From Elusimicrobiota bacterium (GTDB taxonomy: Bacteria; Elusimicrobiota; Elusimicrobia; UBA1565; JACRDR01), in the NCBI GenBank assembly GCA_041694815.1, contig JBGFSC010000047.1, forward strand, positions 23,362 to 87,361: 64,000 nt of DNA, written 5' to 3'. Every line of letters starts with the position of its first letter. Position 1 is the stretch's first letter. Both the position numbers and the translations under genes were made by a program. This document shows, one piece after another, positions 54,941 through 62,648 of the stretch. The notes below the pieces were generated by a model. The model was not told the DNA's origin, ran no database searches, and was given only the letters and a program-made list of their open reading frames with translations.

Positions 54941-56588
54941 GGAACGGAGAGGGAAGGAGGGGTGGGCGCGAGCGCTCCTCGGGCAGGCGCTGCAGCTCCA
55001 CCTCCGACAACAGCAGGCTCGGGGCGATCTGGTTGACGGCGACCGAGCCCGATTCGGCGCCGCAATTGAACGGATTGGAGAGCTTGCTGTCGTCTCCGGC
55101 GGAAAGTATCCGGCTGAGCACCACGAGGGGGGTGCCCACCATCTTAACGCCGCGCACGGGCGTCTCCTCGCCCGTCTTAGCGTCTACGCGGAACACCAGC
55201 CGCGGGCGAACCTCCAAGGTTTGCGCCGCGCGACGGTTGTTAGGGTTCTCGCCGCCGGAGGAGCCAACCAGCCGCAGGCCGTATGGTTTTCCCCGCGCAC
55301 GGCAGAGGGCCATCAGGCGGCGCTTGAGCTCCGCGGGGCTGACGGGCTCATGCGGGATCACCATCAAGTTCCCCATCCGCCCGCTCGCATGATGCACCGC
55401 GTCGGCACGCCCGTGCCCGTTGGAGCGCGCAAAGCCACGGATCGGCCAGCGGGACATGAGGAAATTCCTCAGAACGCCGCGCTCTACGAGCGTCACGCGC
55501 TGTGCGGGCACTCCCTCGTCGTCGTAGGTGTAATGCCCGTGCAGGGCCTGTCCGTGGAACTCCTCGAGAGTGGGGTCGTCGACCACACTCAAGAACGGGG
55601 GCAGGATGGTCGAGCCCACCTGATCGCGGAATACCTGGCTCTCGTTCGGATCCCTCTGCCTCTGGCCCTCGAGCTTATGCCCGAGGGCCTCGTGGAAAAA
55701 TACCCCGGCGAACTCGGGGTCCATGATGGCGGGAGCCGAGAACGGGGCTTGGACCGGGGCCTGCCTCGCGGCAGAGAGCTCCGCGGCCAAGGTGTCGACT
55801 TCCCGCTCCAAAGCCGCCGTCGCGGGAAGCTCGGAAGCCTCGCGCACCGTCCACGCGCGGCGATTATCTAGGCGCATGCCATCGGCCGCGCGCGTCCAAG
55901 CGCTGAGCACGAACAATAACGGCGTATGCTCGCTCGGTGCCGCGATGCGGGTCCCCTCGCTGGTAAGCAGGTAGCGCCGCGAACGGCTCAGCGAAGCGAA
56001 GGCGTAGCTGCCGTAGACGAACGGGTAGCGTTTGAAGCGCGCACTGGCGGCCTCCAAGGCAGGCCGTAGCGAGTCGATATCGGCCTCGGGAGCCTGCGGC
56101 AGGAAGGCCTCGCTCGGGGGCTCCGCGGAAAAATCGTCCAAGCGCTCGCGGTCGAGCTCCGTGGCCTTGCGGGCCTTCTTGTCGAGATAATCGGCCACGG
56201 CTGATTTATAGGATTCGTCGGTAAGTTGCCAGAGCTGGTGGCGCAGCACGCCGGCATCTATCGAGGCGGGACCCGATCGCCCATGGTAGCTGAGGTCGGT
56301 GTTATCGAAAGCGGGAGAGCCAAAGCGCGTCTCCACGTAGAGCGTGCGGTCGCGTTCTACGCCGCCGCGCAGCTGGGCCCCGAGCGCGTAGACCAGGCGT
56401 TGGGAACTCTCATCGCTTAAGCGGTAAGCGATGAAATAAGGAGGGCCGAAGGAGTCCAAGCGCAGGCGCTCGATCGATCGATCCATCTCCGCGCGCATCG
56501 CTGAGAAGATCGCGAGGTCGGCGGCCGTCGGCGTGGAAGCGGCCGAGGCCGGGCAGGCCAGGACCGCGATGAGGAACGCGAGGCGCAT
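54930..56588 (-). CDS. TldD-like zinc metalloprotease (U62) with signal peptide
   Basis: signal peptide MRLAFLIAVLACPASA; HEALGH (HExxxH) motif; GHYTYDDEGV, GFARSNGHGR blocks. Confidence 0.6.
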   Translation of the reverse strand: MRLAFLIAVLACPASAASTPTAADLAIFSAMRAEMDRSIERLRLDSFGPPYFIAYRLSDESSQRLVYALGAQLRGGVERDRTLYVETRFGSPAFDNTDLSYHGRSGPASIDAGVLRHQLWQLTDESYKSAVADYLDKKARKATELDRERLDDFSAEPPSEAFLPQAPEADIDSLRPALEAASARFKRYPFVYGSYAFASLSRSRRYLLTSEGTRIAAPSEHTPLLFVLSAWTRAADGMRLDNRRAWTVREASELPATAALEREVDTLAAELSAARQAPVQAPFSAPAIMDPEFAGVFFHEALGHKLEGQRQRDPNESQVFRDQVGSTILPPFLSVVDDPTLEEFHGQALHGHYTYDDEGVPAQRVTLVERGVLRNFLMSRWPIRGFARSNGHGRADAVHHASGRMGNLMVIPHEPVSPAELKRRLMALCRARGKPYGLRLVGSSGGENPNNRRAAQTLEVRPRLVFRVDAKTGEETPVRGVKMVGTPLVVLSRILSAGDDSKLSNPFNCGAESGSVAVNQIAPSLLLSEVELQRLPEERSRPPLLPSPFHEK

Positions 56589-56591
56589 GAC

Positions 56592-58022
56592 TTACTCTAC
56601 CAAATAAAGCGTTCTGCCCTCGGCGACGGCCCTCGGAGCCATGCGCAGCGGCAGAGAGAAGGGGCGCCAATCGGGAGGTAGGCGTTCGGGCACCACGGCC
56701 ACCGGCTCGCCCGAGCGACGCAGGGCATCGATACGCTTGGCCAGCGAGGCCCGGTCGTGGTAGCGCAGGCTGAGCGTCTTGCGGTGGGCGAAATAGGGGA
56801 CGTAGACGCGGTCGACCCCTTCGGCTAGAATCCAAGTATCCTCACTAGTCTCGCGCCCGACCCAAAGACTGTATTGCAGATCGGCGTTGAGCGCAGGATC
56901 CGCGCCCGGACGTATCACACGGGCCCAGTTCCATAAGCCCAAGGCCGCCGCGGCTAGGCACGCGAGTAGCGGGGCCCGGTCGAAGGGGAGGCCGGAGAGG
57001 CCCAACGCGATCAAAAGCCACAACGGCGCCAGGTCGCTGTAGCGGTAGACAACGGTTCCCGACTCCCAGGAAAGATAGAGCAAGGCGTAGCCTGCCAGCC
57101 AGGCCACGGCGAGTCGGACGGGCTTAGATCCCAGCCCCCCCTTGATCGCTCCCCATGCCGCCAGGCACCAACCGAGCGCGCCCGCCCAGACGCCGGCGCC
57201 GAAAAGCTGCAGCGAGCGCGTTAGCCAAGTGAGTAGGTTGGGCATCGAATAGCCGCCATGCCAGTCGAATTGGCGGTCGACCGTGAGCGCCGCGCTGCCC
57301 AAAAGCCATACCCGAAGCTCCTCCCACGAGCCTGGCCGCATGATGAACGCGCCCGCCGCGAGATACGCCGCGCCTACGGTGGAACCGAGGGCCAGGAGGT
57401 ATCGCCGCCGGGCGCAGGTATCCTTAAGCAGCCAAATCGCCGCCGGAGCGAGCATCAAATGCCCCACATGCCCCAGGACGGCGCCAGCCTGGAGCAGCCC
57501 GATTATGATGGGCCTCTGGCTTGGCCGCAACAGCTCTACCGCGGCGCAGAACGCGAAAAAGGCGCCCAGGGGATAGACCTGCGCCTCCAGCGACCAGCGC
57601 CAGTAGACATCCGACACCGCCAGACACGCGGCGACGCACGCTGAGAATCGCCGGTCAAAGCCAGAGCGGCGCATCATGAGGAAAAAAGCTCCCACCCCCG
57701 CCGCTCCCAGAAGGGAGCTCAATGCCTGCAGCGAGAGGAGCGCCGGCCCCGAGTACCCCAAGATCTTCCAGAATTCGAAGAAGAGCCAGCCTAAGAATCC
57801 GTAGGCGAGATGGTTGCCGTGCACGAGATGCTTGAGATCCCCCAACTCCACGGCGATGGCGCAGGCCACCCCGTCGTAATTGTAACGGGCGGCCGGGAAA
57901 CTCAAGTACAGTCCCGCCACTAGCACGAAGAGGAGCGCGGCCCAACGGACGGGCCGGTCTAGCGGAGACACCGTCGAATTTCGCGACCTGGATGAATCGC
58001 GACCCCGTCGATCATGTAGCAA
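56592..58022 (-). CDS. polytopic membrane protein, putative GT-C/GT87-like glycosyltransferase
   Basis: about 12 TM helices; first ~25 residues of the ORF are low-complexity, so the true start is probably internal. Confidence 0.35.
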   Translation of the reverse strand: MLHDRRGRDSSRSRNSTVSPLDRPVRWAALLFVLVAGLYLSFPAARYNYDGVACAIAVELGDLKHLVHGNHLAYGFLGWLFFEFWKILGYSGPALLSLQALSSLLGAAGVGAFFLMMRRSGFDRRFSACVAACLAVSDVYWRWSLEAQVYPLGAFFAFCAAVELLRPSQRPIIIGLLQAGAVLGHVGHLMLAPAAIWLLKDTCARRRYLLALGSTVGAAYLAAGAFIMRPGSWEELRVWLLGSAALTVDRQFDWHGGYSMPNLLTWLTRSLQLFGAGVWAGALGWCLAAWGAIKGGLGSKPVRLAVAWLAGYALLYLSWESGTVVYRYSDLAPLWLLIALGLSGLPFDRAPLLACLAAAALGLWNWARVIRPGADPALNADLQYSLWVGRETSEDTWILAEGVDRVYVPYFAHRKTLSLRYHDRASLAKRIDALRRSGEPVAVVPERLPPDWRPFSLPLRMAPRAVAEGRTLYLVE

Positions 58023-58119
58023 GCGCGCGGCGATACCAGGCGATGGTCGCGCGCAGGACGCGGTCGGTCATCTCGGAGAGGCGGGTGCCCATGCCCCCCG
58101 CCAGGATGGCGACTTTCAT
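58012..58119 (-). pseudogene. 35-codon remnant of a sugar-1-phosphate nucleotidyltransferase (RfbF/RmlA-like) N-terminus
   Basis: MKVAILAGGMGTRLSEMT matches the G-x-G-T-R-L nucleotidyltransferase N-terminus, then diverges and stops; ATG overlaps the upstream gene stop (ATGA), i.e. positioned like a former full-length gene. Confidence 0.45.
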
Positions 58120-59339
58120 CGAAGGGAGATTTTAGCAATTCTCACCGCGGCGCGCTCCGCGGCGAGGGCGGCGAAAAGGATGATCCAGGTCATGACGGGA
58201 ATGCGGTAGCGCAACATGGTAAATATCAAAGAAAAAGTGAAGGCGACCGAAGCCACGAAGAGAAGCGGGACGATGCTCTCTTTTTTGCGGCGCAAGCCCA
58301 AAACCGCACCCAGCAGCCCCAATGGGATGATCCAGCCGTCCGACAGCATGCCTACCAGGCGCACCTGCCCGTATGAATGGCCGGAGCCGTACGACCGCGG
58401 CCTGGGCCAAAGCCGCCAGAAGTCCACGAAAAACCGCCACGCCCAGATGCGCAGGTAGCCGAGCGGGTGCTCGCCCACCCAGTTGAGCCCCGCCTTCCAG
58501 AAGTACTTCTCCCGTTCGATGGGATCGAGTCCCCCGCTGTTCTGGAACACGGAATCGTTTTTGATGATCTCTTGGTGCTCGGCAAGCCCTCCCAATTCCT
58601 GAGGGACAACGAGGTATTCGTAAAAGTTTCCGCCCGCACCGCAGGTGTTGCCAAAAACGAAGCGTTGGAAATGGATGTAATTGCGAATGGGCCAGAGCGC
58701 GTACAGCGGAATCAACGCCGACAAGAACAGCCCAGCCCTCCGCCATTGCCATCCGCACTTGAAGTCCCACGCCAAGAGCAGGAGCGGCGCGAGGATCAAG
58801 CCGAAGGGCAAGAGCGTCGTATCCGTCAGCGCGCCCAAGGCATTGATGATCCCGGAGAGCCAAACCCAACGGGGCCGCTCGAGCGATTCCAATAAACTCC
58901 AAACTCCCGCCACACCGAAGAACACAAGCAGGGATTGGCGCATCGCCTGGGCGTTGTAAAAAATGAAGGGAGGGTACAGTGCCGCTATCGCCATCGCCAG
59001 GGTAGCGGCGCGCTCGCCGAACAGCCGGCGGCCGCAGAGGAACAAAAGCCCGATGCCCAAGGCCTGCGCCAGCGTGTTGACGACGAGCACCGCCGCGTAA
59101 TTCTTTCCAAGCAGTTTGAAGCCCAAGCCCAGGTATACCGGATATCCGGGTTCGCGCCAGGCCGTCACCTTGCCGTCGGACCCCTTTAAGGTCCAGGAAT
59201 CGGCGAAGGCGGAGGCGATGGTCGCGTAATCGTCCGGGTGGGCCAAAGGGGCGCCATGCGGCTGCGGCGGGCGCGCCCATCCGTAAAAGAGGCGTGCGGC
59301 GACGGCCAGGCCGAGCAGGGCCCAATGCAGCCGGCTCAC
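58116..59339 (-). CDS. GT-C family glycosyltransferase (ArnT-like)
   Basis: GYPVYLGLGF...YPPFIFYNAQAMRQS ArnT-like periplasmic loop; GTG start 59339 (GTGA overlap with the aminotransferase stop) preferred over ORF-track 59573, which would overlap by 238 nt. Confidence 0.55.
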   Translation of the reverse strand: MSRLHWALLGLAVAARLFYGWARPPQPHGAPLAHPDDYATIASAFADSWTLKGSDGKVTAWREPGYPVYLGLGFKLLGKNYAAVLVVNTLAQALGIGLLFLCGRRLFGERAATLAMAIAALYPPFIFYNAQAMRQSLLVFFGVAGVWSLLESLERPRWVWLSGIINALGALTDTTLLPFGLILAPLLLLAWDFKCGWQWRRAGLFLSALIPLYALWPIRNYIHFQRFVFGNTCGAGGNFYEYLVVPQELGGLAEHQEIIKNDSVFQNSGGLDPIEREKYFWKAGLNWVGEHPLGYLRIWAWRFFVDFWRLWPRPRSYGSGHSYGQVRLVGMLSDGWIIPLGLLGAVLGLRRKKESIVPLLFVASVAFTFSLIFTMLRYRIPVMTWIILFAALAAERAAVRIAKISLR

Positions 59340-60439
59340 GCCTTGAATTTCCTCAAAGAGGATAGGATTTTCTCTACGTCGGCGTCGGAGAGGCCCGGGT
59401 GCAGGGGAATGCTCAGGGCTTCTTCGTTCAAACGCTCGCAGACCGGCAATTTTGCTTTGGAGCCGTAAATGGGATTTAAGTGCAGCGGATGATAGCGCAG
59501 CGTGGTATAGATGCCCTCTTGATAGAGGAATTTGGCCAGCATGTCCCGACGACCGCCCGGCACCCGGATGCAATAGGTGAAATAGGAATGCCTGTCTCCG
59601 GCCGGGACATCCTTAGGGAGCTTGAGCCAGGAAAGCCCCGCGAGCTCTTTTTGATACAGCTCCCATATCCAGCGACGCCGGGATTGCATCGCGTCGAGCT
59701 TGCGCAATTGGGCCAGGCCTATGGACGCGGCGATGTCGTTGGGCAGCATCTTGGGGAAGAAATCGGTAACGCTGTATTCCCACCAGCGGTCTTTGTTGGC
59801 GGAGGCTTCGAATCCCGATTTGCCGATCCCGCAATAGCGCAACTGCCTCGCCCGAACGAGCCGGGCCGGGTCCTTGGCCGTCAGCCCGCCTCCCTCTCCC
59901 ATAGCCAGGTTCTTGATCGCGTCGAAGCTGTAAATGCCGATGTCGCCCAAGGAGCCGCAAGCCTTGCCCGCCCTGCGGGAGTCCACGGCGTGCGCGGAGT
60001 CCTCGATGATGGGCAACCCCAAATCCGCGATGGGCTCGAACTCGACCGGAAGCCCGCCGTAATGGACCACCATCACCGCCCTGGTCTTGGGGGTCCGCGC
60101 CTTCTCGATGCATTCGCGTGTCACATTCTGGGTTTCGTAATCGACGTCGCAGAACACGGGCGCGCAGCCGCAGAGCACCACCGCGTGCGCGCAGGAGATC
60201 CAGGTGAAGGAAGGAACGATCACCTCGGAGCCCTGAGGCAGGTCCAGGAGCTTCACGGCCAGGTGCAGGCTGTTGGAGCCGGAATCCAGCAGCACGAAGC
60301 CCGGCAGGCCCAGCCGGGCCGCGAACTGCCTCTCGAAAGAGGCTGTCTTGGGACCAATGCCCATCCACTGCGCCTCGAGGCTGCTGCGCACCTCCTCGAG
60401 CTCCTCCTTTCCGACCAAGGATCCGAATACGTTGATCAC
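59336..60439 (-). CDS. DegT/ArnB-family PLP-dependent sugar aminotransferase
   Basis: SFDAIKNLAMGEGG with the conserved PLP lysine; GTG start 60439 (GTGA overlap). Confidence 0.7.
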   Translation of the reverse strand: MINVFGSLVGKEELEEVRSSLEAQWMGIGPKTASFERQFAARLGLPGFVLLDSGSNSLHLAVKLLDLPQGSEVIVPSFTWISCAHAVVLCGCAPVFCDVDYETQNVTRECIEKARTPKTRAVMVVHYGGLPVEFEPIADLGLPIIEDSAHAVDSRRAGKACGSLGDIGIYSFDAIKNLAMGEGGGLTAKDPARLVRARQLRYCGIGKSGFEASANKDRWWEYSVTDFFPKMLPNDIAASIGLAQLRKLDAMQSRRRWIWELYQKELAGLSWLKLPKDVPAGDRHSYFTYCIRVPGGRRDMLAKFLYQEGIYTTLRYHPLHLNPIYGSKAKLPVCERLNEEALSIPLHPGLSDADVEKILSSLRKFKA

Positions 60440-60948
60440 GCCCCCCCCTTCGCATAGGCGCACGGGGAGAATACGTACCAGTCAAGACGCATCTGGTAGT
60501 AGTCCCCCTTGTCCTCGGCGATGCTGAAACCGCATTTCTGATACCAGCCGACGGCGGGATTGCCACAAAGCACCTTGCAGCCGATCTCCCGGGTATGCTC
60601 GGCGGCGATGAAGCTGCACATCAGGGTCATGGCGCGGCGCAGCACGCCGCGCCCAGTCGCCTGGGGCGTGCCAATGATATTGTAGCAGTCGGCCGCACCG
60701 CCCAAGAGCCTAAAGCCCATGCATCCCGCCTTGAGGTTTTCCCACTCGACGACGAACATGTGATCGTCCGGGCGCGCCAGAAAGCCCTCGTACCAGCGCC
60801 GCTGCATCTCGGGCGTAATCTCGTCCTTGAAGAAAAAGGCCCGGCGGTTGGCGTTCTTCCAGACTCGAAGATCTTCCAAGTCGGACTCGTCGATGGAGCG
60901 CAGCGATACGTCCAAGGAGGGTCCCTCGAGGACCAGGCGGGCTTTCAC
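60436..60948 (-). CDS. GNAT-family N-acetyltransferase
   Basis: GNAT-like core (FVVEWENLKAGCMGF...GRGVLRRAM); GTG start 60948 overlapping the upstream stop. Confidence 0.45.
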   Translation of the reverse strand: MKARLVLEGPSLDVSLRSIDESDLEDLRVWKNANRRAFFFKDEITPEMQRRWYEGFLARPDDHMFVVEWENLKAGCMGFRLLGGAADCYNIIGTPQATGRGVLRRAMTLMCSFIAAEHTREIGCKVLCGNPAVGWYQKCGFSIAEDKGDYYQMRLDWYVFSPCAYAKGGA

Positions 60949-62648
60949 GAGCCCGGGCCTCCGCGCTCGTAAATCGTGAACGCCATATTCGCGAAGACGG
61001 AATTGTCCCTTGCCTTGGCCCAGCCCGGCTCCCAAGGCCTGAACTCGGCCGCCTTACGGTAGCCCGCCTTCGAGGGGTCCCCCAAGGCCTCGCGTCCACT
61101 TTCGCCAAGAACAAGGAAACGAGGAGACTGTCCGGGCTTGAGGGACTCCAGCCGGTCCGTGATCACCCAATGGTAGCGGTCGAAACGCAGCGGCGGCGTA
61201 TGCGCCGGCTCGGGGTAGCGGGAAAGCCCGACCCTGCTGCCGGCGGGCACATGCGCCTCGATCCAAGCGGCCGCCCGAGCCCGAGTCGATGACGGCCCGG
61301 AGTCCAGCCGCATATTTTCCAGGGCGGCGACGCCGCGCAGGCCGGTATCGGCTAAGAGCAGCGCCGCGGCCAGCGCGCGCCAGCGCGGCTTAAGGCGCCA
61401 GAGCAGATCGACGCCTAAGAGCACGGCCACGGCGACGAGGGGATAGTAGAGCCGCAAGAACCCGGGAGCGGTGAAAAAACCGAACCGCACGAAGATCGGT
61501 ACGGCGCAGCCCAGCACCGTCGCCGCAAGCAGGCGGCGGCCGCCCACGCCGGAGGCGAGCGAGCCAAGCACCCCGGCGGCGGCCACTATCGCCAAAAACG
61601 GACCCATGCCGATCCAGAACGCCGGCAGGAATGCCAAGAGATGCTCGGGTCTGCCGCGCATGTCGACTCCTCGGGTCTCCCAGATGAAATCCTCGAAGGC
61701 GAAAACCAGGTACGGGTTAAATAGCAAGGCGACGGCCGCGGCGGCCAAGCATCCCGCGGCAGCCGGCCGCCATTCGCCGGGCTCGGCCTCGCCCGACGCC
61801 TTGCGGCCGGCCAATAGGAGCAACGGAAGTGCGAGCAAAAACACCAGCGAAAAGTTCGCGCCGACAGCCATCCCAGCGCAGGCTCCGCAGAGCCAATAGC
61901 CGCGGCGCCGCCGGAAGGATACGAGGAACCAGCAGGCCGACAGCGTCCAGAACGCGGCGAATGGATGCGGCTTGACCACATGCGAATTGTCGACGATGTT
62001 CGGGCACAGCGCGAAGAGCAGCGCGGCCAGGACTCCCGCGGCCGGCGAGGCCAGGCGCCGGCCCATGGAGTAGATCACCCAGAGACAACCGATCTGAAAC
62101 AGGAGAACGAAGAGGCGTCCGCAGAGGTAGAGCAGGCCCATTTCCTCGGGCCGAAGCAGATAATATTCCACCTCCGGCACCAGTCGGCAGGCGCCGAGCC
62201 AGGAGACTGCCTTCAAGAAAGCGCCCAGCGGGTAGATGAAGGCGCCGCCGTACTGCACGTACAGCGGCTTGAATTCCAGTTTCCAAGGGCGCATATGCGC
62301 CAGGATAATGAACGATTTCTTCTCGTCCGGGTGCTCCGACTGCAGGAGCATCGCCCGGCAGGAGTTGAGCAGGTTTCCGGGAGGGAAGCGCCATCCCGCG
62401 CGGAATTCTTCGACGCCGCGGCTGTAGGTGATCGGCTCCTCGGCGCGTAATTCGCGGTGGGCCTGCGCGATGCCTTCATAGAGCCGCCTCCAGCTCTCCG
62501 AAAATTCGCGCATCGCCTCCGGAGAGCGGCGGAGATGCTCGGGTAGGACATGCCAGCGCGCGGGTCCCGGCAGACCCCAACGCAGGCCCCAGAGCCCGAT
62601 GCAAAGGCCCGACAGCAGGACGCAGGAAGCGGCTAGTTTATCGCGCAT
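60945..62648 (-). CDS. GT-C family membrane glycosyltransferase (ArnT/PMT-like)
   Basis: 567 aa, >12 TM helices, periplasmic-loop EHPDEKKSF / FIYPLGAFLK region. Confidence 0.45.
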   Translation of the reverse strand: MRDKLAASCVLLSGLCIGLWGLRWGLPGPARWHVLPEHLRRSPEAMREFSESWRRLYEGIAQAHRELRAEEPITYSRGVEEFRAGWRFPPGNLLNSCRAMLLQSEHPDEKKSFIILAHMRPWKLEFKPLYVQYGGAFIYPLGAFLKAVSWLGACRLVPEVEYYLLRPEEMGLLYLCGRLFVLLFQIGCLWVIYSMGRRLASPAAGVLAALLFALCPNIVDNSHVVKPHPFAAFWTLSACWFLVSFRRRRGYWLCGACAGMAVGANFSLVFLLALPLLLLAGRKASGEAEPGEWRPAAAGCLAAAAVALLFNPYLVFAFEDFIWETRGVDMRGRPEHLLAFLPAFWIGMGPFLAIVAAAGVLGSLASGVGGRRLLAATVLGCAVPIFVRFGFFTAPGFLRLYYPLVAVAVLLGVDLLWRLKPRWRALAAALLLADTGLRGVAALENMRLDSGPSSTRARAAAWIEAHVPAGSRVGLSRYPEPAHTPPLRFDRYHWVITDRLESLKPGQSPRFLVLGESGREALGDPSKAGYRKAAEFRPWEPGWAKARDNSVFANMAFTIYERGGPGS

